64,000 bases of DNA from assembly GCF_963921235.1 (NCBI RefSeq), contig NC_086102.1, positions 44,144,001 to 44,208,000 on the forward strand, read 5' to 3'. The notes beneath the pieces are model-generated. The model was not told where the DNA came from and did no database searches. It was given only the letters and a program-made list of their open reading frames with translations. The stretch comes from Mobula hypostoma. Its lineage: Eukaryota. The position numbers and the translations under genes were made by a program. This document shows positions 20,699 to 32,356 of this stretch, one piece after another. How positions within the stretch are numbered: position 1 is the stretch's first letter; every line of letters starts with the position of its first letter.

Positions 20699-21336
20699 CC
20701 ACTAAGGCAAAGCCTTTTGGCAAAATAAAAATTACATCCAACTAATTCAACAAATTACATGGTAATTACTGAATAGGACAGTATTTTTAAATGTAATCCT
20801 ACGATTACATTTAAAAATATCCTAGATATACTGTACTGTATACTTATGCACAGTTTTCTTCTGGAATATTATAGTTCGCCAAATGCAATATCATGGGTAG
20901 CCAAAGTTTTTACCCAGTTTGGTACTTATGATTCTGTGGGAGTACTGGCAAGATTTGCAAGATCTCAGAACTTGTTGAAGAATGAATTTAAACCAGAGAT
21001 CTAACAGTGCATTGTAACTGTAGAATTCACTAATCCAAGTGTAAACTGTTGGTTATAAACTGGTACTCTAAATGTGAATGGACCCACTTTCATCTGAGTA
21101 GCCAAAGCAAAGGAAGTGCAATGGCACATTGGTTTACACAAGAGAAATTAAAATTACTTTTCTCACATGGAATCCTGGAGAATGGAGATGAGATTAAATG
21201 AGGGAATGTTCTCTCAATGCAAGAAATGCATTGATTTAAGTTTCATCTGTCACCCAAGAAGCTGGAACTGTCACATTGTACTAAATTTTTGACAATGTCA
21301 ATTTAATCACTAACCTAAGTGCAATTTGAGCTGCGT

Positions 21337-21342
21337 TTTATT
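21337..21342 (-). promoter_or_regulatory. Candidate TTF2 polyadenylation signal
   Basis: First AATAAA I found on the minus strand downstream of the TTF2 stop (~430 nt). Confidence 0.4.
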
Positions 21343-21767
21343 TCTTATCATTGTATTAACAATGCATGAGTAGGCACTTCATTTGAATGCAAAAGTAAAT
21401 AGCTTGGCTGCTTGAATCTTAAAGGATGCTAAGAACATAAAAACAATTTTTCTAATTTTAGTATTTTGCAGGTAATAGCCAATATAACATTGATGATGAA
21501 TTTGTTGCTGTATCTTATGTTTATCAAGACAACATCTAACCAAATGTGGGATGGGGATTAACCTTTGAGGCAATTGTACAGTATATACCAAATGTAAATA
21601 ACTTTAGTATATGAAGCTTTTGTATGTTGTCATAATTATGCAACAGCATTCAGGTGTTTTGATATGTTTCAGAAATCCTGTAGCATTTTCTGAGAACCTT
21701 TTTAAGAGTTTACTTTGACAGTTATGTTAGATTTTGAAAAAATATCTTATTTTCCATTTAGATCGAC

Positions 21768-21912
21768 TCAGACACCAAACAGGATGCGGAGATCAGCAAG
21801 AGTAAGCTTGGTAAATGTTTCTCCAGTCCCTGACAGCACTTTCTTTGCCAGCTCCTTTTTCTTTTCCTGAAGTTCGAAGATTTTGTCTTCAATAGTTCCT
21901 TCACACACAAAC
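21768..21912 (-). CDS. TTF2: TTF2 last coding exon
   Basis: (R)[47 protein letters not shown]; closely resembles the vertebrate TTF2 C-terminus as recalled; acceptor CCCTGTAG. Confidence 0.95.
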
Positions 21913-21994
21913 CTACAGGGGAAAGAATAACATTAATCTGCAATCAGAAATCTACAAAATTTCTCTTTTAAAGTATTTTGGTAGCAATGTCATT

Positions 21995-22270
21995 ATTAGT
22001 TAGGGGTGACATGGTATTGTAACAGTTAGTGCCGTCTGTAAGGAGTTTGCACGTTCCGCCTGTGACTGTGTGGGTTTCCTTAGGGTGCTTCCGTTTCCTT
22101 CCACATTCCAAAGATGTATGAGTTACAGTTAGTAAGTTGTGGGCATACCATGTTGGCACTGGAACCATAGCGACACTTGAAAGCTGTCCTGCATACAACT
22201 TAGACTGTGTTGATCACTGACACAAATAACATTTTTCACTGTATGTTTCGATGTACATGTCACAAATAAA
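21995..22270 (+). mobile_element. V-SINE/HE1-like SINE
   Basis: GGAGTTTGCACGTT...GTGGGTTTCCTTAGGGTGCTTCCGTTTCCTTCCACA core; minus-strand relatives at ~42820-42975 and ~55320-55520. Confidence 0.7.
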
Positions 22271-23090
22271 GCTTTTCTTTAATCTTTACTTGAGGCGGTG
22301 AAAACAAGTTCAGTTACAGTAGCTAGTCAGATGTATTTGAAGCCTGTTCAAACATATACTGACCCAGATAAAATGCCATGTTTTCAGCAGTAATGAGTTT
22401 GACCTGAAACACTTGTTTTTCCCACAATAGATGATACCACAATCTAGTAAGTATTCTGTACGTGAACTCAACATTTTCAATAAAGTAAATGGACAGAATA
22501 AACCATTTCTATAAGGGCACATCAAAAATGTCCAATGTGCCTTGTTTCTGTTCTGCCAACTAGTCAATGAAATTGTTTGTCATCTGTATCCATGACTAAT
22601 ATCCTTGGCTATAGTAAAAAATAATCCTAATATCTAACATTGTTTCATAATTCAACCACTGTTTATACAAATGGGTATCTCCTGTAATTTTAATGCTAAG
22701 TCTGTGAGCTGAAATGTTAAATTGTTTCTATTTCCACAGATGCTGCCAGACCTGTTGAGTGCTTCCACAGTTTTGTTTCCAGGATTTTCAGTTTCAGATG
22801 CCTGGTTGTAATTTTAAGGTTCCTCCCCACCTTGTCCTGGTCATCTGCATCAGTCGGAGGTTTGCTTCGCCTATCAATTATTTAACATCTTAACAAACCT
22901 CCCCCCCCCCCACACCCCAACCAATTTGCTCCTTAAGTTCCTGCACCCAGGAAGCACAAGCCTAGTTTATGCACTTCTTGCAGAGCTCTATCATTCCAGT
23001 GAATTTACGCTGCATTCCTAACAAAATTTTATCAATAGCAAGTGTGCCTACAGTGATATATTTAGAACATTTTTAGTTTCTGGATGTTCT

Positions 23091-24977
23091 GGATTATGAG
23101 AGAAAACTGGCAGAGAACATAAAAACGGACTGTAAAAGCTTTTATAGATATGTAAAAAGGAAAAGACTGATAAAGACAAATGTAGGTCCCCTGCAAACAG
23201 AAACAGGTGAATTGATTATGGGGAGCAAGGACATGGCAGACCAATTGAATAATTACTTTGGTTCTGTCTTCACTAAGGAGGACATAAATAATCTTCCAGA
23301 AATAGTAAGGGACAGAGGGTCCAGTGAGATGGAGGAACTGAGCGAAATACATGTTAGTAGGGAAGTGGTGTTAGGTAAATTGAAGGGATTGAAGGCAGAT
23401 AAATCCCCAGGGCCAGATGGTCTGCATCCCAGAGTGCTTAAGGAAGTGGCCCAAGAAATAGTGGATGCATTAGTGATAATTTTTCAAAACTCGTTAGATT
23501 CTGGACTAGTTCCTGAGGATTGGAGGGTGGCTAATGTAACCCCACTTTTTAAAAAAGGAGGGAGAGAGAAACCGGGGAATTATAGGCCGGTTAGCCTAAC
23601 GTCGGTGGTGGGGAAACTGCTGGAGTCAGTTATCAAGGATGAGATAACAGCACATTTGGAAAGCGGTGAAATGATCGGACAAAGTCAGCATGGATTTGTG
23701 AAAGGAAAATCATGTCTGACGAATCTCATAGAATTTTTTGAGGATGTAACTAGTAGAGTGGATAGGGGAGAACCAGTGGATGTGGTATATTTGGATTTTC
23801 AAAAGGCTTTTGACAAGGTCCCACATAGGAGATTAGTGTGCAAACTTAAAGCACACGGTATTGGGGGTAAGGTATTGGTGTGGGTGGAGAATTGGTTAGC
23901 AGACAGGAAGCAAAGAGTGGGAATAAACGGGACCTTTTCAGAATGGCAGGCGGTGACTAGTGGGGTACCGCAAGGCTCAGTGCTGGGACCCCAGTTGTTT
24001 ACAATATATATTAATGACTTGGATGAGGGAATTAAATGCAGCATCTCCAAGTTTGCGGATGACACGAAGCTGGGTGGCAGTGTTAGCAGTGAGGAGGATG
24101 CTAAGAGGATGCAGGGTGACTTGGATAGGTTGGGTGAGTGGGCAAACTCATGGCAGATGCAATTTAATGTGGATAAATGTGAAGTTATCCACTTTGGTGG
24201 CAAAAATAGGAAAACAGATTATTATCTGAATGGTGGCCGATTAGGAAAAGGGGAGGTGCAACGAGACCTGGGTGTCATTATACACCAGTCATTGAAAGTG
24301 GGCATGCAGGTACAGCAGGCGGTGAAAAAGGCGAACGGTATGCTGGCATTTATAGCGAGAGGATTCGAGTACAGGAGCAGGGAGGTACTACTGCAGTTGT
24401 ACAAGGCCTTGGTGAGACCACACCTGGAGTATTGTGTGCAGTTTTGGTCCCCTAATCTGAGGAAAGACATCTTTGCCATAGAGGGAGTACAAAGAAGGTT
24501 CACCAGATTGATTCCTGGGATGGCAGGTCTTTCATATGAAGAAAGACTGGATGAACTGGGCTTGTACTCGTTGGAATTTAGAAGATTGAGGGGGGATCTG
24601 ATTGAAACGTATAAGATCCTTAAAGGGATTGGACAGGCTAGATGCAGGAAGATTGTTCCCGATGTTGGGGAGGTCTAGAACGAGGGGTCACAGTTTGAGG
24701 ATAGAGGGGAAGCCTTTTAGGACCGAGGTTAGGAAAAACTTCTTCACACAGAGAGTGGTGAATCTGTGGAATTCTCTGCCACAGCAAACTGTTGAGGCCA
24801 GTTCATTAGCTATGTTTAAAAGGAAGTTAGATATGGCCCTTGTGGCTACAGGGGTCAGGGGGTATGGAGGGAAGGCTGGGTTCTGAGTTGGATGATCAGC
24901 CATGATCATAATAAATGGCGGTGCAGGCTCGAAGGGCCGAATGGCCTACTCCTGCACCTATTTTCTATGTTTCTATG
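23091..24977 (+). mobile_element. Young 5'-truncated CR1 with a nearly intact RT
   Basis: 488-aa ORF with GVPQGSVLGP and KFADD; a 1-nt insertion near 24623 shifts the C-terminus into ORF 24602-24886; (TTTCTATG)n tail. Confidence 0.95.
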
Positions 24978-25599
24978 TACAGACAATTATCCTGCAAGTA
25001 CTGGATTAAATTTGTAGCTGATTACAGTTTAGTGATATGTAATATTTGTAACTTCACTGTTCAAGTTATCATTTAACTTTTTTACCCTAAAATATTTTTG
25101 TACTTGGCTACACCAAAATACATTACAATTTTGTTTGATTTTTTTGTTTGGTCTTTGTAACCTTACCTTCCACATGCATATATGGAGCTTTACTGTATTA
25201 CCAATAAATATAAATGGACAAATTGTTGTGATCCAGTGGTTGTTACTTACTTCTATTTCACCATTGTTTAATGCCCAGTTAATCTCCGAAACTGCTTAAT
25301 AATTTCCTCTTACTTCCATAGTTTTAGTTATAACTACCAACCCTAAATGTTGGTAACGCACATATAAAATACACCACAGTCATTGGGCAGTTGTTACTTC
25401 ATAAAGAGACTTGGGTTAATTAGACATGACCCATCTCAAAGTATACATTGGCTATTTGGTTGGTTTGTGCTGTCCCCAAACCAGTTGGTAGATCTGCTTT
25501 TATAATTTCCTCATTTCTCTCACTTATAGATAATTGCATTGCTCATTGTGGTTGAAAATTTTTTAACTAAGGCACTCAAACCAGATGAACTACACCTAG

Positions 25600-26750
25600 G
25601 GTTAAAGAGGTAGCATTAGAGATTGGGAAGACGTTAATAATGATCTTTCAAAAAATCACTGGGCTCTGGCATGGTGCCAGAAGACTGGAAAATTGCAAAT
25701 GTTACTCCACTTTTCAAGAAAGGAGGAAGACAGCATTAAAGGAAATTATAGACCAGTTAGCCTAACCTCAGGAGTTGTATATCAGTGATTTAGATGATGG
25801 AATAGGTGGCTTTGTTGCCAAGTTTGCAGACGGTACAAAGATTGGTGGAGGAGCAAGCAGTGTCAGGAAACAGGTAGGCTGCAGAAGGACTTGGGCAGAT
25901 TAGGAGAATGGGCAAGAAAGTGGCAAATGAAATGCAATGTTGGGAAATACATGGTCATGCACTTTGGTAGTAGAAATAAATGTGCAGAATATTTTCTAAA
26001 CGGAGAGAAAATCCAAAAATCTGAGATGCAAAGGGACTTGGGGGAGTGCTTGTGCAGAACACACTAAAGGTCAACTTGCAGGAAGAGTTGGTGGTGAGGA
26101 AGGCAAATGCAACGTTAGCATTCATTTCAAGAGGTCTAGAATACAAAAGCAGGGATGTGATATTGAGGCTTTAATAAAGCACTGGTGAGGCCTCATCTTG
26201 AGAATTGTGAACAGTTTTGGGCTCCTCATCTAAGAACAGATTAGCTGGCATTGGAAAGGGTCCAGAGGAGGTTCACAAGGATGATTCTGGAAATGTAAGG
26301 GTTATCATAAGAGGAATGTATGATGGCTCTGGGTCTGTACTTGCTGGAACTTAGAAGGATGAAGGGGGATCTCATTGAAACCTTTTGAATGTTGAAAGGC
26401 CTAGACAGAGTAGATGCGGAAAGGATATTTCCCATGGTGGGAGAGTCTAGGGCAAGAGGGCACAGCCTCAGGATAGAGAGGTGTCCATTTAAAACAGAGC
26501 TATGGAGGAATTTCTTTAACCAGAGGGTAGTAGTGAATTTGTGGAATTTGTTACCACAGGCAGCTGTGGAGGCCATGTCGTTTGGTGTACTTAAGGCAGA
26601 GCTTAGTAGGTTCTTGATTGGACACGGCATCAAAGTTTACGGGGAGAAGGCTGCGGAGTGGGGCTGAGGAAGGGAAAGAAGGATCAGCCATGATTGAATG
26701 GTGGAGCAGACTCAATGGGCCAAATGGCTTAATTCTGCTCCTATGTCTTT
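25600..26750 (+). mobile_element. Degenerate, internally deleted CR1
   Basis: ANVTPLFKKG, AKFAD and C-terminal RT motifs with deletions; CR1 tail. Confidence 0.8.
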
Positions 26751-27580
26751 TGGTCAAATACATCTCTTCTTTCAAAAACCATGAAGTAGAACCGGTCCTA
26801 GGCATTTGAGTTTTATTACATTTGTTTCTATTTTTACTGAATCTGAATTTGAGATTCCCTGGAACTTTTCTGCTCTTGCTTGGACAATGATAAATAACAA
26901 TTCAACAAGCTTGTTCCTTATTTTCATTTTCAATGTAACCAAATTGATTTAAGCCTTTGACTGTCTAACTTCCATGGTGTTTAGGTTTCTTATCCCTCAA
27001 GGTTCTTTTCATATTCCTTTTTAAAATTATCATATCATTTTTCCTTAACCTATACTTTACATTGCTTAGCCCCCTAGATATACAGTTTGTTTATCATTTA
27101 AAGGCCTTATCTGTGCTTGGGTTGCTTCGCAACTTTCGTCAACCATGGCTATTCAATTTGGTCGGTACAGCTGTGCTCCCTGAAGGCGTACATACAGTTT
27201 CTGTGTTCAAAAATGAAAGTTTTTAACTATCTTGCCGTTTATCCGTAGTTTTACCAGATGTGTTTTGACATGTTGCCTCTCATTCCTTTAGTTAGCCTTA
27301 AAACATCAAAACCTGAATTACGCAAACAACCTGAATTACCTTGATTTTTAAAAAACTGAAAGCTTGAATAAACACTCTCTTCACTGCTAACAGTTACCAT
27401 TAACAAAATTTAGTTCATTCCTCACTATCTGTGAAAGTAGAAATGCTAAATTGCTGTTATCTATACCATTCTGACTGCAAACTGAATTGTGGTGCTAGAG
27501 TACAGCAGGAAAGTGTAAAATTGCACTTCTTGCCCACAATTTATGGTGTAAAATTGACTCACACCCTTCCTCAGGAGATA

Positions 27581-27798
27581 GTCAGCTGGTGGCATAGTGG
27601 CATCAGCGCCAGATTTCGGAGTGAAGGCTCCCGAGTTCGAATCTAGCCGGCTCCCTTGCACGCTTTCCATCTCTGTTGGGTTGAGTGTCGAGCTAGCAAC
27701 TCAGCCTCATAAAAACAAGAAAGCCTGCTAAAAAAAACACTGTCATGACGGTGTCCCAATGACTCCACTCGGAGTTAAGGGCTTTCTTCTTCTTCTTC
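27581..27798 (+). mobile_element. tRNA-derived SINE, second copy
   Basis: Clearly homologous to 8261-8481 over its full length; (TTC)n tail. Confidence 0.9.
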
Positions 27799-28909
27799 AG
27801 GAGGTGATACAGGAAGAGCTTTCCTTTTGATCTGAACTTTAATAGCTGCAAAGACTGCCAGTAAGTATGATATAGTTTCTGTATTTTTTTTGGGGGGGTG
27901 GTTTAAAATGTCCAAAACTTTGTATTTTAGGATTTTTTAAATATGTTGCATTTTAAATTTTAAAGCTTTGTTTCTACAGGTTTCATAAACATACAGATTT
28001 TGATAGTTCTGGCTAAGCCCAGCAGTGTGCTTTGCATTTGATAGATTTATTTCTTCTTTTGTGGGTAGGGTTAGCTTTGGATGTCTTGCTTATTTTGTTT
28101 GAGACTTTTTGCATGTGAATTTACTGATCATCATCTCCATCCTGCATGCTTCCCAAGGGAGGACCACTTCAGATGAGTTGGTAGTTTATAAAGAATTACT
28201 GGTGAATTCTTTTGTCTAAGCTTAAAATTTGACTGCCCGAAAATTATCTTTTCTGATTCTAGTTATTCTACTGCTGGTCCACAAATTAAAACAACTCTCA
28301 TTCTTCAATATTGACTACAGTACAAAATGGATTCCAATGTCTTTGTTGCTTCTACTATTCTCACCCTTACTCCCAGTTGCCACTCATTCACCCAGTAACT
28401 GGGAGTAAGCCCATCTGAACGACAGGTCAAACAAGCACTTTGTCTACACTGGGACGTCATCTACAAAATGCATCTCTGGAACTCAAAGTTTTAACAGCAC
28501 GCCAAAACTCTCAACATCTATCATCAGAAAAGGCACGTTTCTACCCAATCTCATACTGTTTCCTAACCTGGAAATCACCGTTTCTCCATTGGTCCAAACC
28601 CTGAACTACTTACCCAAAATACAAATACCTTCAATAGCAGTAGTTCAGCAGTTCACCACTAGCTTCCAGGGCACTTAGGGATGGGCAGTAAATGCTGCCC
28701 TTAATATAAATTGAAAAAGAAATCTGGACATTGGTCATACTCTAAACATTCTAAATTTGTATACATTGACTGTTTACTTCTCTCCATAAATACTCTTTGA
28801 CCTGCGCAGTTCCTCTTGCATTTTGTGTGTTTACACTCTGGATTTCCAGCGTCTGCAGAATCTGTGTTTAAGATAATAAATGTAGCAGTACCTTCAGTAC
28901 CAAATAAAG

Positions 28910-29330
28910 TGGTCACTGAGTGTACATTAGAGGTCTCCTGCTGCTGTAGCCCATCCGCGTCAAGGTTTGATGTGCTGTGCTTTTGAAGATGCTCTTCTGC
29001 ACACCACTGTTGTAACATGTGGCTGTTACTGTTGCCTTCCTGTCAGCTTGAATCTGTCTGGCCATTCTTCTCTGACCTTGCTCATTAACAAGGCATTTTC
29101 ACACACAGAACTGTAGCTCATAGAATATCTTTTTTTAGCTCCATTCGCTGTCAACTCTAAACACTACTGTGTGTGAAAATTGCAGGAGATCAGCAGTTCC
29201 TGAGGTGCTCAAACCACCTCGTCTGGCACCAGGAATCATTCCATGGTCAAAGACATATACATCATATTTCTTCTGCATTCTGATGTTTGGTTTGAATAGA
29301 GCTTTGACCAGTGGCCATTCCACACATCAG
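28910..29330. mobile_element. Tc1-like non-autonomous fragment
   Basis: AAAGTGGTCACTGAGTGTA / CAGTGGCCA termini typical of short Tc1 derivatives; judged by eye. Confidence 0.45.
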
Positions 29331-29399
29331 AAGTTTGGAGAGGAGGTAACTTCAATCAAGTCCACTTCCTGAGGATGAAAGGCAGGAGCAGGTTGCGGC

Positions 29400-32230
29400 A
29401 GCGTAATAGATCTTTGATCAGTGGCCACTCAGCTTTTGGGATTGATTAGTAAAAGCAAATTAAAGGAAGGCAGGGGCAAGCACGGTGGCTATTGCTGCAG
29501 CGGCCATCGTCTGAGTGGACCAAGTCAAAGGCTTTAGTTCTTCAAGGCTTCTGCGAAGAGAGGCTTCACTCAGAGAAAGCAAAGGAAAGAAAAGCTCAAG
29601 TTTATTTCCTTCTCTTCTTTAGGACATTAAGAGATGCAAGGCACAATAGTGAAATGGTTCTCTTGTGGGGACACGGGAAGGCAGGGAGGCCTCCAGTGTC
29701 CCTGATGACAACAACTGTGAGAAGTGCGTGCAGTTGCAGTTTTAACAAGCCACGTTAGTAAGATCTGGAAGTGGATGAACTCCGATCATTCAGGAGGCTG
29801 AAGAGGTGATAGATAGGCCATATAGACAGGTAGTTGCACCCAGGGTGCAGGACACAGGAAACTGGGTAACAGTCAGGAAAGGGAAAGGGGTTAAGGAGCC
29901 AGTGTAGAGTACCCCTGTGGCCATCCCCTTCAACAACAAGTGTATCACTTTGGATACTGTTGAGGGGGTGTGACCTAACAGAGAAAAGTCACAGTGGTTG
30001 GGCCTCTGGCACTGAATCTACCTTTGTGATTCAGAAGAGAAGGTGGGGGAAGTGGCATGTGGTGATCAAGGATTTGTTAGGGGAACTGACAGGCGGTTCT
30101 GTGGGCGAGAATGACATTCTCAGACGATTTGTTGCCTCCTGGATGCCAGTGTCCGGGATTATCTTGGATCGAGCCCTCAGCATTCTTAAGTGGGAAGAGA
30201 ACAGCCAGAAGTTGTGAACCATTTAGGATGAGTGATGAGGGAGGTTGCGGAATTAGCTGCTAAGTTATAGGGCAGGACCTCCAGGGTTGTGATCTCAGGA
30301 TTGCTACCCATGCCACATGCTAGTGAGGCTAGAACTAGGAAGATTATACTGTTTAACATGTGGCTATGGAGTTGGTGTAGGAGGGATGACGGCAAAGCAG
30401 AGATGGCTGAAGTTTCTGGGAATAGTTCACAAGGCACAGGATAGATATGTCCACAGAGGAAGAAGTTCTCAAATGGCAGAGGTAGGCAAAAGTGAGTGGG
30501 TAAGTTGGATGATTGGGAAGCTTTTAAAATCCAACAAAAGGCAACTTAAAAAGCTATAAGAAGGGAAAAGGTGAAAAAGGAGGACTGACAAGCCAATAAT
30601 ATAAAGCAGGATACCAAAACTTTTTTTTTCAGTTATATAAAGAGTAAAAGGGAGGTGAGAATTGATACTGGACCACTGGAAAATAATGCTGGTGAGGTAG
30701 TAATGGGGGACGAAGAAATGGCAGATGAACTTAATAAGTACTTTGCATCTATCTTCACTCTGGAAGACACCAGCAGTGTGCCAGTGGTCTGTGAGTGTCA
30801 GGAAGCAGGGTGCTATTGCTATTACAAAGGAAAAAGTGCTAGGCAACCTCAAAGGTCTGAAGGTGGATAAGTCACCTGGGCCAGATGGATGACATCCCAG
30901 AGTCCTGAGAGAGATTACTGAAGAGATAATGAAATATTGGTCATGATCTTTCAAGAACCACTTGATTCTGGCGTGGTTTCTGTAAAGTGAAATCTTGCCT
31001 GACAAATCTATTAAGAGTTCTTTGAGGAAGTAACAAGCAGGGTGGACAAAGAAGAGGCAGTGGATGTCATTTACTTGGATTTTCAGAAGGCATTCGATAA
31101 GGGGCTACACATGGGACTGCTTAACAAGATAAAATCCTATGGCTTTACAGGAAAGATACTGGCATGGATAGCGGAATGGCTGACAGGCAGGAGGCAGCGA
31201 GTAGGAATAAAGGGGCCTTTTCTGGTTGGCTGCCAGTACTAGTCGTGTTCAGTATTAGGACCACTGCTTTTCACGTTGTTTGCCAATGATTTAAATAATG
31301 GCATTGATGGCTTTGTGGAAAAATTTGTAGATACAAAGATGGGTGGAGGGGTAGGTGGTGCTGAGGAAGCAATACGATTGCAGGAGGACTTAGACAACTT
31401 TGTAGAACGAGCAGAAAAAGTGGCAGATGGAATACAGTGCTGGGAAATGTATGATAATGCACTTTGGTAAAAGTAACAATAGTGCACACTATTATCTAAA
31501 TGGAGAGAAGGTTCAAACATCAGAGGTGCAGAGGGACTTAGGAGACCTCATGCAAGACTTCCAGAGGTTAATTTACAGGTTGAGTCTGTGGGAAAAGGTG
31601 GCAAATGTAATGTTGGCATTTATTTCAAGGGGAATAGAATATAAAAGCAAGGAGATAATGCTGAGCAGTTAGAAGGCACTAGAAAGACTTCACGTAAGAG
31701 TACTGCCAACAGTTTTGGGCACCATATCTTCGGAAAGGATGTGTTGTCATTGGATAAAGTCAGAAGAGGTTCACGAGGATGATTCTGGGAATGAAAGGCT
31801 TAACATATGAGGAGCGTTAGGCAACTTTGGGTCGGAACTCACTGGAATTTAGAAGAATGTGTAGGGATCTCATTGAAACCTATGGAATGTTGAAGGGACT
31901 AGATAGGGTGGATGTGGAAAAGATGGGGGTGTCCAGAACTGGAGGGCACAGCCTCAGAATTGAGGGGCAACCCTTCAGAACAGAGGTAAGGAAGAATTTT
32001 TTTTTTAGCCAGAGAGTAGTAAATCTGTGGAATGCTCTGCCACAGACTGTGGTGGAGGCCAAGTCTGTGCATATATTTAAGGTGGAAGTTGATCATTTCC
32101 AGATCGGTCAGGAGATACAGCAAGAATTCAGGTGTACAGGATGAGTGGGATCTGGGATCAGCCATGATGGAATAGTGCAGCAGACTCGATGGACTGAATG
32201 GCATAACCCTGCTCCTATGTCTTATGGTCC
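29400..32230 (+). mobile_element. Old CR1 with ORF1 and RT remnants
   Basis: ORF1 zinc-finger/esterase remnants, DFQKAFDKG, EKFVDTK, CR1 tail near 32220. Confidence 0.75.
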
Positions 32231-32356
32231 TGGGGAGTGGTGGGGGCAGGCACAGGTGGTTTTTGGATCATCAGGCTCTCTTCCAGGGAAGGTGGGACCT
32301 GTACAGGAGGTATGGTTTGCACCTGGACTGGATGGGGACAAATATCCTAGTGGGAA

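Noticed and set aside
20851-20900. Alternative Ig tail exon (VRQMQYHG*)
   Set aside because: Weaker acceptor context and no nearby poly(A) signal; cannot be ranked without transcript data.
23799-24503. Antisense ORFs over CR1 RT (also 34747-36871)
   Set aside because: Shadow frames of RT coding sequence.
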